Origin: a virus
DNA length: 64,000 nt
Strand: one strand, 5' to 3'
Virus record (IMG/VR): IMGVR_UViG_3300027518_000007
Location: 575 to 64,574 of that record
Positions 36,316-46,128 of the stretch are shown here, piece by piece. The notes beneath the pieces are model-generated. The model was not told where the DNA came from and did not search any database. It saw nothing but the letters and a program-made list of their open reading frames with translations. Within the stretch, counting starts at the first letter, position 1. Each line of letters starts with the position of its first letter. The translations under genes and the position numbers were made by a program.

Positions 36316-36392
36316 ATCCTTATCAGCAAAGGACTTAGGTCGAGCCGGGCCGCGAAATCTTGTCCTAAGTATAATGATACCAACGACTTACG
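36311..36392. repeat. Repeat A unit 15/15
   Basis: CGTAAATCCTT-ATCAGCA-AAGGACTTAGG ... CCTAAGTATAA-TGATACC-AACGACTTACG. Confidence 0.88.
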
Positions 36393-36463
36393 GCAAAATT
36401 GTCAAAGAATCTCACAAGCTCCCTATTCCCTAGGGTGTGGAGTGACGATATACTGTATATGGA

Positions 36464-36492
36464 CGTAAGGTGTTATCTGGCAAAGGGTTAGG
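36464..36492. repeat. Solo repeat A site (11-7-11)
   Basis: CGTAAGGTGTT-ATCTGGC-AAAGGGTTAGG. Confidence 0.7.
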
Positions 36493-36541
36493 ATAAAATA
36501 GTAATGAATAATGTAAAAATAAGATTATCATTATCTGTCTC

Positions 36542-36581
36542 GCCTAATCCAACGGATTTGCTGGCGTTGCTGGTAGTCAGC
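36542..36581 (+). repeat. Repeat B copy 4/6
   Basis: GCCTAATCCAACGGATTTGCTGGCGTTGCTGGTAGTCAGC. Confidence 0.85.
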
Positions 36582-36615
36582 CGGAATTATGACTATAGTA
36601 ATAAGTTCCGCTTAT

Positions 36616-36644
36616 CCTAAGTTCTTATGTTTCAACCACTTGCG
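36616..36644. repeat. Solo repeat A site (11-7-11)
   Basis: CCTAAGTTCTT-ATGTTTC-AACCACTTGCG. Confidence 0.7.
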
Positions 36645-36785
36645 TCAACTCTGGCATGTGGTATACTAGAGAGTGTAACAACAATAGTAATACTCTGATG
36701 AATTATTAGAAGTATTCTTCAGATTATAAAAAGAGGTATAATTAGTAGTCCCCATATCATAGTCAGGCCAATACTGGAGCCCTTT

Positions 36786-37016
36786 GTGATGCAGAAGGAA
36801 AAGATAAGAGTAACCCAGAAAAATAGAAAGGATATAATTCACAACCATGCCATGGATGTTTCTAACTCTATGGATATGGGTACTCTGATTGCTTTTGTTA
36901 GGGATACTATTGAGAAGAATTTTAGTAAGTTGAGTAATAAAGAAATAGAAAGAATGATTGACGAATATAACCCCCAGATATTGGAGACTATAGATGACCA
37001 CAGTAAAAGTTACTAA
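36786..37016 (+). CDS. Small paralog family member (with 36994 and 38007 genes)
   Basis: MDMGTLIAFVRD...IDEYNPQILE. Confidence 0.6.
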   Translation: MMQKEKIRVTQKNRKDIIHNHAMDVSNSMDMGTLIAFVRDTIEKNFSKLSNKEIERMIDEYNPQILETIDDHSKSY

Positions 37017-37191
37017 TGAAAATAGGGCCGATGTTACTAGCGTCTATTGCCACAGACTTTTAGATGATATGGACTTTGATACTCTCTACTCTTTTGCTTA
37101 TGATATGTTGAAGGATAATAAAGAGGGATTGACCAATAAACAATTAGAGGATCAGATTTCTGACTACTACCCTGACATTCTGGAGAACTAA
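36994..37191 (+). CDS. Small paralog family member
   Basis: MDFDTLYSFAYD...ISDYYPDILEN. Confidence 0.6.
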   Translation: MTTVKVTNENRADVTSVYCHRLLDDMDFDTLYSFAYDMLKDNKEGLTNKQLEDQISDYYPDILEN

Positions 37192-37363
37192 TGGAAATAG
37201 ATATTACAAAACAAGAAGCATGGAAACTAATGGATGCTATTAGTGCCTATATGAAGGACTATACTGTTACTGGGCCTGTACATAAGACCTTTGACAGTAT
37301 TACCAAGAAACTTAAGCAGGTTGTAAAAGAACAATAACAGGATGTGAGAGGTCCGGTTAGTCT

Positions 37364-37392
37364 TGTAAGTTGTTTGCTTTCAAGGATTTGCG
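37364..37392. repeat. Solo repeat A site (11-7-11)
   Basis: TGTAAGTTGTT-TGCTTTC-AAGGATTTGCG. Confidence 0.6.
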
Positions 37393-37802
37393 TCGATGTG
37401 ACGATATGGTATAATACGGCCGTTGGCCCCTGTAGCACTTTTCTTTTCTTATCCTAACCCACACGGAGGCTGTTAATGGTTCTTATTATTCTTGTGATGA
37501 TCTGGTGCATAGACTGAGGAAGGATGCACTCTATTGTATCTTACCCTTCTCTAACTTCTTAACTCTTATTTATCATACGCACCTGCATAATATATACCAT
37601 TCCAGCAGGGGTATGTCAAGAAAGAAAAATCTTATGGACGGCTATTACATTGTTGGTTGTATTCTGATTGTGTTCTTTACTGGCTCATTGTTCATGTTCA
37701 TGGACATGGTATGTAATACTGAAGAGGAAATTGTAATACATAAACCCAAACGAATTTCAAATGGTTATTATCAAGATGAAATTATTGATGATTGATTGTT
37801 CC

Positions 37803-37842
37803 ACCTAATGCTTCAAATTTGGCGTGGATGGCGATAGTCAGT
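37803..37842 (+). repeat. Repeat B copy 5/6 (degenerate)
   Basis: ACCTAATGCTTCAAATTTGGCGTGGATGGCGATAGTCAGT. Confidence 0.7.
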
Positions 37843-38006
37843 CAATTATGGGGGTCAGTTAAAAATTGGTTAACAACTAATGTTTGGTCCTTCAAGTCTC
37901 CTATGGTATAATGCAATAGTCAACGGAGCTGATAGTCAGTCGTCTTGGTGAGAAAAGACGAGGGAGTATCGGAATCATGGGCAAAAAGTGTTTTTAACTT
38001 TTAACC

Positions 38007-38273
38007 ATGAGGTGTATTATGCGTACTCGATATGTTAGTGAGATTAACCGTAAGGAAGTTCAAAGAAAGTATATTGATGTTATCTTGGGTGAATTAGATT
38101 TCATGCAAATCAAAGATAGACTAAGAGACTATCTTGAGCATGAGAAAGATAAAGAATCTAATTATGCCTTAGAAGCAGAGATACGAAAAGAAGCACCAGA
38201 AGTATTGGTGGAGAATTGGGAGGATTTCAATGGTCCTGCTACTCTCACAGAAGAGGAGCATTATCATGCCTAA
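38007..38273 (+). CDS. Small paralog family member (distant)
   Basis: LDFMQIKDRLRD...IRKEAPEVLVEN. Confidence 0.55.
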   Translation: MRCIMRTRYVSEINRKEVQRKYIDVILGELDFMQIKDRLRDYLEHEKDKESNYALEAEIRKEAPEVLVENWEDFNGPATLTEEEHYHA

Positions 38274-38680
38274 GAAATTTCATAGAATAATTTCTTTTGA
38301 AGTAGAGGGTGAAATTTATGATCATTCTACTACTCCAGAAGATATTCTAAAAAGCTATGACTGGAAGTTTAAAGGTTTTCACGATAATCATGAAGATAAA
38401 TGTTTCTTAGAATCATCTCATGATGATCATCGTGGACGTATTACTAAAATCATTCGAAAGAATAAGATTAGTAAAACCGATAAGGCAGATACAGAAACTT
38501 TTACAATTAACCAATGAGGTGCTTTATGAATTATACATTAGTTTATTGGAGCGTTGGAACATTAGTAACATTGTTAGCATTAGTATCATTATACTATTAC
38601 TCTTGCCATTGTTCTACTCCAATTATTAAATAGTAAACAATAGTAATTTGGTATTAAATTAATCCGGTAGGGTTAGTCTC

Positions 38681-38720
38681 GGCTAATCCTCCGGATTTGG
38701 TTTTAGTGGTAATAGTCAGC
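38681..38720 (+). repeat. Repeat B copy 6/6
   Basis: GGCTAATCCTCCGGATTTGGTTTTAGTGGTAATAGTCAGC. Confidence 0.85.
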
Positions 38721-38830
38721 GGGATTGTGGGGTCAGTAAGAAATGATATCTTGTCTGGAACATGGATTGATCTATTATACTGTAAATAACGGTCGCATGG
38801 ACGCGACATACTTTCAAAGGAGAAATTTTT

Positions 38831-39046
38831 ATGAAGAAGATTGCATTTGTTTTTGCTCTGATGGTTCTTGGTTCGTCAGCTTATGCTGGTGAGTGTGCTA
38901 GTGGCAATTGTACCCTACGAAGTAGAGTTGTCAATGTAACTAGGGAAGTAATTGCTGTACCAGTTACAGTAACACGCCGAACTGTTGAGGCCACTCGTAA
39001 TGTTGGCCGCAGAACTGTGGCTCGCGTTCGCAGCGTTGTTCGTTAA
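38831..39046 (+). CDS. Small secreted Arg/Val-rich protein
   Basis: Signal peptide MKKIAFVFALMVLGSSAYA then GECASGNC; RBS AGGAG. Confidence 0.75.
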   Translation: MKKIAFVFALMVLGSSAYAGECASGNCTLRSRVVNVTREVIAVPVTVTRRTVEATRNVGRRTVARVRSVVR

Positions 39047-39191
39047 TATTCATGGTTGATAATCTAAAGGATCATGAATGATTTGTTAGGTTATAGATCA
39101 AAGAAAAGATAACCCCCCGATGCCTCTTAACAATGCACACTTTCGGGGGTCTTTTCTTAAAATAGGATTTAATTTATTCAAGGAGGAATTT

Positions 39192-39536
39192 ATGAAAATT
39201 TTTATGATTGCAATTGCCCTAGTTTTTGTCACTACTTTTACCGCAGAGGCGGCTCGACCCAAATACTATAGTCAGCCAAATACTGTGGTCCAAAGTTATA
39301 CCAGTAGTTATACATCAAGCAGTGATCAGGATCGTTGTCAAGCAGAAGCTAATCATATGGCAGCTAATAACATTACTGGTCATGTATGGAGTTGTATTGG
39401 AAGTTTTGAAGGAGTAGGTTATGGTTCTAGTCCAAATTGTAACACCTGTACCCCAGGTAACAATATGAGACTAACAGGAGATGCGTCAGCACAAGGTCGA
39501 AATGGTATGTGGTATAGAGTAAGGTCGTGGAGGTAA
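39192..39536 (+). CDS. Secreted Cys-containing protein
   Basis: Signal peptide MKIFMIAIALVFVTTFTAEA; RBS AGGAGG; start 39192. Confidence 0.75.
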   Translation: MKIFMIAIALVFVTTFTAEAARPKYYSQPNTVVQSYTSSYTSSSDQDRCQAEANHMAANNITGHVWSCIGSFEGVGYGSSPNCNTCTPGNNMRLTGDASAQGRNGMWYRVRSWR

Positions 39537-39545
39537 TCTCTACTG

Positions 39546-39618
39546 GCAAGAGTAGCTCAATTGGCAGAGCGTCAGGTTTCCAACCTGAATGTTGAGGGTT
39601 CGATTCCCTTCTCTTGCT
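39546..39618 (+). tRNA. tRNA-Gly(TCC)
   Basis: GCAAGAG/CTCTTGC, TCAGG-TTTCCAA-CCTGA, TTCGATT, U73. Confidence 0.92.
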
Positions 39619-39749
39619 TTTAAGTAATAAATAATAATACAAATGTTTTTCCTAAACCACCCCTTTGCGGACTATAGAGACAGTCAGTTGGATTTCGTCT
39701 TGACAGAGATTATTTTCAAAATAATATTAGTTATACAAGGAATATAGCT

Positions 39750-40295
39750 ATGGCAAATGAAAAAATAGATTTTATCGCTCCAACCAAAATTCAAGTACAA
39801 CAATCTGCTGTTGAGGGTCGTGGAGTATTTGCCACAGTAGATATTAAAGAGGGTGATATTATTGAACGATGTCCCATGGTAAGATTAGGTTATCGGTCTC
39901 ATTATCATCATGATCCCATAATCTGGAAGTATGTTTATACTCAACCAAAGTGTGATTGTAATGATTGTAAAAATCACGGCAAATATCTCTGGATGGTTCT
40001 TGGATATGGTATGGTTTATAATCATCAAGATATTCCAAATACAAAATGGGAATTTAAATACAACCTAGAGTATGCTGACGTTGTAGCATCAAAGGATATT
40101 AAAAAGGGTCAAGAAATTTTTGTTACCTATGGTACAGAGTATTTCAAAAATAGACCCAAGATAGTAGCGGATACTAATGCTCCAGCCCCAGTTCCGGTAG
40201 TTACTCCTGTTCCTAAGATAGAGGAGGAACTAGAGGACGATGATACATTCATGGCTAAGATTGCTAAGTTAATGGAAGATTCTAATAAGCAATAA
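39750..40295 (+). CDS. SET-domain protein (lysine methyltransferase-like)
   Basis: GRGVFATVDIKEGDIIE; YNHQDIPN; ASKDIKKGQEIFVTYG. Confidence 0.88.
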   Translation: MANEKIDFIAPTKIQVQQSAVEGRGVFATVDIKEGDIIERCPMVRLGYRSHYHHDPIIWKYVYTQPKCDCNDCKNHGKYLWMVLGYGMVYNHQDIPNTKWEFKYNLEYADVVASKDIKKGQEIFVTYGTEYFKNRPKIVADTNAPAPVPVVTPVPKIEEELEDDDTFMAKIAKLMEDSNKQ

Positions 40296-41703
40296 TGTTT
40301 TACCTAATCTAACCCTTTTGATTTTATGGATACAGTCAGTTGGAATTCGTTTTTTAGCATATCACTTAATGAGTCAAATATTAGGTGCGAAAAAATTTGT
40401 GAGCAGGTACAAAAATTAATCACAAAATTTACTAATGAACACCCTAATACTAACGCTGATCTTGTTATTAGAATTCATCCCATAGTTGATAGTGATCAGG
40501 AAAGTAAAGTATTAAATATTGAATATAAATCCCCAGAGGTTTAATTATGGCCAAAAAGAAATCTTGTGCTAAAAGTAAGTGCTGCAAAAAATCATGTGGC
40601 AAGAAAAAGACTGAGGCCACTTTACCAGAAAATAAAGTTGAAGAAATTCAAACTCCACCTCCTACCAAATCTAATTTCTTCTTAGAATTGATCAGGAAAA
40701 CCTTTGGCTATTATAATGGATAATTTATTAAGTAGCTTAGGGTTCTTTATGCTAGGATTGATCCTAGTAGAATCAGTAGTATATATTGGCGGGCTATATT
40801 TTATTTCTTACTTATCCAAGAAAGATGATAATGATAGCTCAAATAATTTCCATAGTTAAACGGCCCATTTGTCCCACCTTCATTCATGATGATTCATCAA
40901 GAATATTCATTTTCCTCATAGGACTACTACTACTCTCAGCCATACTTTACAGAATTTTGAGATATTATAATGGTTGAAAATAATAATCTCATTATATATG
41001 GCCCACACATCATTCTTTCCTGCATCATAATTCGATCACTGTTGATCTGGTATTTAGAGCATTTTTTGTATGAGGACTATAATGAGTAGAATTTCAAAAA
41101 AAGAAGATTTTCATATCCCTTTCATTAAGAACCTAGCTTTTGTGGGGCTAGTTACTATAGTTTCTATGATTTCTGTACGGTATTTTCTATCTTTCACATT
41201 AAAAACCCACCAAAATACCCCGGTTATTCACTATACCGAAAGTCAGATCAAGCCATAATAGGACTTTTCTTAGCTTATATGAGCTATTTATCGGTCAATT
41301 GAATTAAAATTCACTTATTATCTTGCGCCGTGGTGAAATTTGTGGGATAACAGGCTAATTGTACAGGATTTGAATAAAGTTGTCAACCCCCATAGTCCGA
41401 TACTTGACAATACCCTTACCTCTTGGTATACTGCTACTATGGATACGGGTAGGAAAAGTAATAAAATAGGGGAAATTTGAGGTTTTAGGATGTATAAAAC
41501 GATTCAATTGACTGACAAGGAACTAGAACTTTTAGCCTCTATGATCCAGTATTATATTGACCAAAAGAAGGACAAACCGGGCTTTTCAGTTAATAATGCT
41601 CATATTATGCTACGTCATATCTGTGGTGTGAATTCACGAAAAGGCACTAATCAAATAGTGTTTAGTGGCAAATGAGGATGAAATCCCACTGAAATCAAAA
41701 GAA

Positions 41704-42318
41704 TTAAGTATTGTCTGGGTCTTGTACCCACGAATTTGATTTTTTCAAATTATCTATAGCCCATAATGGTTGTAAATTGCTGTAATGAAAACATTGTTTA
41801 ACCTGTTCTGGGTCAGATAAATCAAAAGACGATATTGGGCGAATATGGTCAATATGCCAACCATTTAATGACCAATTATCCCAACTCATCCCTTCTTGAA
41901 ATTGAGATTCTAAATATTGTATTAATTCCTGTTTGGAACAACCTAATAAACTTATGGCTGAATTAGAATCATTTGTATCTTTATCTTTAAGTGATTGCCA
42001 AAGTCTAAATCTTAATATTCCTCCTAATTTATATTCAAGATTATTGTAATAATATTTCTTGTTATTCTTTCTTTTATTTTTTAGATAATTTTTCCTGTTT
42101 TTACCATACCTACTTTTTTGACTATATTCTTTTGCTTTTTCTGGATGTTTTTGAAAATACTTTCTACATCTTTCTTTATTTTGTTCTTTTCTTTTTGGAT
42201 TATCTTCTCTAGCTCTCCAATATAGTTTGCGATATTCTTTATTACAAATATCACATCTTTTTCTAGGGCGACCTTTAGTTTGTAGTAAATCTTGATTACA
42301 ATCTAAACATTTTCTCAT
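41704..42318 (-). CDS. HNH homing-type endonuclease
   Basis: CLDC...CDIC; WHIDHIRP...CFHYSNLQPLWAIDNLKKS; start MRKCLD at 42318. Confidence 0.85.
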   Translation of the reverse strand: MRKCLDCNQDLLQTKGRPRKRCDICNKEYRKLYWRAREDNPKRKEQNKERCRKYFQKHPEKAKEYSQKSRYGKNRKNYLKNKRKNNKKYYYNNLEYKLGGILRFRLWQSLKDKDTNDSNSAISLLGCSKQELIQYLESQFQEGMSWDNWSLNGWHIDHIRPISSFDLSDPEQVKQCFHYSNLQPLWAIDNLKKSNSWVQDPDNT

Positions 42319-42413
42319 TATAAATACTCTAATATTATGTGATTTATATCTATAGTAAAATACACCAAAACCCACAAAAAGTGCATAAACCCACAAAAAG
42401 TTCAAGTCTAGTC

Positions 42414-42442
42414 TTGACAATTGCCGATAACAATGGTATACT
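42414..42442 (+). promoter_or_regulatory. sigma70-type promoter with CGATA spacer motif
   Basis: TTGACA-ATTGCCGATAACAATGG-TATACT. Confidence 0.8.
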
Positions 42443-45400
42443 TACGCTAAAGGAAATTTTTATGAAAAATGACCCGTTGGGCGAGGCTTGTCGGCATCTG
42501 GCTAATTCTCAGACTATCATTGAGAAGAAAAATGCAGAAATTGAGAGACTAAGATTAACAGACGATGAACGAGATGCTATAAATTGGGCTGCTGAACTTG
42601 CTTGTGCTGATGATGACGACGAATACTCACTGAGAAAAGCATGGGTGCTTCAATCATTGCTTGAAAGAACAAAGAATCAAAATGAAATCAAATAACCTCT
42701 CTTTTAATCAATTTATGTTGGCTGTTGCTGACTATATTGATGATGAATATGGGGGAAATCGGTCATCTTCATTACGGGATTTGACTAATGACGAAAGATA
42801 CTTTATAAAGCATATGTTGCATATGTCTTATGAGAATAATAATAGTATAAATAATACGGCTAATGATATAATGAAATATTTGTCAGACAATAAAGCTTGG
42901 AAGAGTGATAATCAAATCAAATGAATAATTTTAATATGAGCAACAAAAGTTGGGATAAGTTGCTAAATTTCAGAATGAGAGTTGTAAATTATATGATGAA
43001 AGAATATGATGTGGGTTATTCTGTAAATATTCCAATATCTGATGATATTGCTAAAATGATCAACGATAAGATAACAGAATGTTACAGTAGGGATGTTAAT
43101 GTACCAAATACGGCTAATCTCTTTGCTAGTTATATTAAGGAGATTTTCCCAAATGGATAGAATTATGGTCAAAGAGACTCTTGATGTTGATGAGAGAACT
43201 CTTGCAAGTAATTTACAAGATGTTATTGACAGTTTGAAATATTATCAAAGTCAAGGATGGCAAGGCTTACAAGTAAATTATTGTGGCGATTATATGGGTT
43301 TTGAATTGTATAAAGAAAGACCCGAAACTGATACTGAATACAATAGCAGATTAAAATCAGAAAAACTTTCTAAAGAACGTAGACGACAAAAATATGAAGA
43401 ACTCAAGAAAGAATTTGAGTCATGAAATCTGATTATGCTAATTTGCACGATCACTTTGTAGAGATGCTTCATAATCCTAACATTAGTAATAAGTGCTATA
43501 TGATTAGGACTACTAATTATTCTGGTGAAAGATATGAGATGGTAATTAATAAAGAGGATTTGGGGAAACTGGCTAACTTAATCAATAACTTTCTGGTGCA
43601 GGAATGACTAAAGATACAATTACATTAACTAGAGCGGAAATCGGCTATTTACTCCAGATTGCCTATGAGAGTAGGGATGAGGGTAGTTATTGGGGAAATA
43701 GGAAAGATTTTATTAAACGACAAAATAGTGTGATAGAGAAGTTAGAAAAATCATATTGTAAAGTTAATGATATTGTGGAGAATAATTAATGGACGATAAG
43801 ATTAAACTAGAGACTATTGTTAGTGAGTATGAGAAGTCTCAAAAGAATATTCCACCAATATGGGTAGGTGAGGGATGGTACAAAAGTGTTCCAAATTCCT
43901 TTAATTATTTTGCATCTGGATTTGAAGCAGGACTCAAATATCAAACTCTGACCACAGAAGAAATTGAGGCAATAGAATGGGCATCGCAATGGGTAGAACA
44001 ACTTCATCATGAACGAGCCGCCACGCTTCACAATTTACTTGAAAGAACAAAACAATGAATAATCTAGTTAACTATCTAATGGGGCGAATGGGCAAGAAAA
44101 CTTGTCCTATAATTGGTTTGGATAGGGTCTATGATACTGGTTTTAATAGTCCATGGAAAGAGTGGATTGAAATAAGGTTTAAGGATGGGACGGTGATTAA
44201 ATTAATGGAAAAACCGGAATGACTAAATCTTGGACAGAATTATTGGGACAGCCTCAAAAATATGACCAAATTATGGACAATGAAATTGTTAGACCAACAA
44301 ACTATTTTTCTTTTGGGGATTTTGGTCATAAACAAAGGATTTGGGTAACTTTGTGGAAATTTGATACAAAAGAAAAAGCTAAAGAAGTATTTGAAGTTTG
44401 GATGAAGGAGAATAAATAATGACTAACCTACCAGAAATAGATAAAATATCAGTAATGAATCTGAAACCAGATGATATACTGGTTTTTAGTACCTATGATA
44501 AAATACCTAGTGCTGATTATTCAAGAATAGATCAAAAAATAACAGACTGGAAGATTCAGAGTAATATAACAAACAAACATTTGATACTAACCTCTCTAAA
44601 ACTAGAAGTATTGTCAAAAGAACAAGATGAAGGAAAAAAGAAATGACAAAATACAATAGTGTTCAAGAAATGCTGGACGATACCGGAGAGCCAGATTTTG
44701 CCGAAGATTTTCGTAAACATATGGCAAAACCATTTGTAAGACTCAAGAAATTTTTTTCAATTAATTGGGCTGTATTGGTTGCATTTGTTTGCAGAAAGAA
44801 TAAAGGATAAATAATGAAAGTCTATGCTATAATTTCTGAACATGGGGCGTGTTCTATTCGTGAACAACTAGAGATGATTTGTGCATCTAGAGAAGTTGCA
44901 GAGTCATATATAGAAGCAGAAGATGATTACTGGAGAAATGCCCATATTGAGGAAATGGAAGTGGTTTGTGAAAAATATCAGAAGATTGTAAAGAAAAAGA
45001 AAAAGGTTAATAAATGACTAAATCACAAAAACTCATACTAGTTTATAGTGTTACTGCTATTTTTATAGGTTGTTGTTTTTATCAAGAACAACATAGTCCT
45101 AATCTAGCTTTATTGTCTGCCGGATTTATTCTGGGCTTCTTAGCTAACGAAAATCTCTCTATAGAAAGAAAATATGATTAATGATTCTATTTTTATGTTG
45201 AGAAAAAATAATGAGTGATCAAGATTTTCAAGTTAATATTGAAGGAACACAAATTATTATCCCAAAAGATCTTACAAGACTGTTTAAGATGGTAATTGAA
45301 AAAGCATATAATGAAGGATATGATCAAGGATATAGCGATGGAAAATATGGTGGATAATGTGGAGAAATAATGATAGTCATTAAAAAGCTTCTTAGTTACG

Positions 45401-45807
45401 GTGGTGCTTGTCCATATCAATTAGAAGCTATAACTTCTGATGATAAATGGTTGTATATTCGTTATCGTCATGGTTTTTTAAGTTATGTTGTTGCCGATAA
45501 TATTGATAGTTGGGCTAATAGCGATTATCTTTATGATTATGGAGTTCGTATTGGACATGAAAATGATGGATATGCCAAGCATGACTTGATTTTTCCGCAC
45601 CTGTGTGATAGAATACAATTTCCAGAGAATTTTAGATTGGAATCTGGAAGATGAATCTAAGTTTTACTGCTCAATTTGACTGGATCAGTATTGAGGCAGA
45701 TGGGTCTGTGTGTTATAATTGTGGGGATCAATGTTTTTTGAAAATGTTTAAACTTGTTGTAACAATCAAAGAAATCAAATCAAGAATAAATCTTAATCTT
45801 GTAAGTT

Positions 45808-46128
45808 GTGAATCGTGTCTATAAAATATTTGGAGAAGAAATAATGAGAGTAAGAGTCACTACTAAAGGTGGTAGACCAGCAAGAGAACATATTCTTGAA
45901 AGGAATATTGAGCAAGAAAGTGCAAGGAAAAATCGTCCAATAACAGACGAGGTTAAAAAGATAACATTTGGCAAGTATAAAGGTATTTCTATTACAGATG
46001 TAGATTCAGATTATCTGTTGTGGTGTTCTGAAAATCTTGATAAATGTCCATCATATATTACTGACGAACTCAAATATAGAGGATATAATCCTCCAGAGGA
46101 TCCTCCGTGGGAAGATCGTATACATTAA
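45808..46128 (+). CDS. DUF3820-like (TFGKYKG motif) protein
   Basis: ITFGKYKGISITDVDSDYLLWC. Confidence 0.65.
   Translation: MNRVYKIFGEEIMRVRVTTKGGRPAREHILERNIEQESARKNRPITDEVKKITFGKYKGISITDVDSDYLLWCSENLDKCPSYITDELKYRGYNPPEDPPWEDRIH

Noticed and set aside
18271-36392. Repeat A read as a CRISPR array
   Set aside because: Spacing is 0.7-2.7 kb with genes between units, the repeats are degenerate, and no cas genes are present.
18271-36392. Repeat A read as intrinsic terminators or classical integron attC sites
   Set aside because: No U-tracts, arms pair poorly without covariation, no GTTRRRY/RYYYAAC boxes and no integrase in the window. Only the general cassette analogy is kept.
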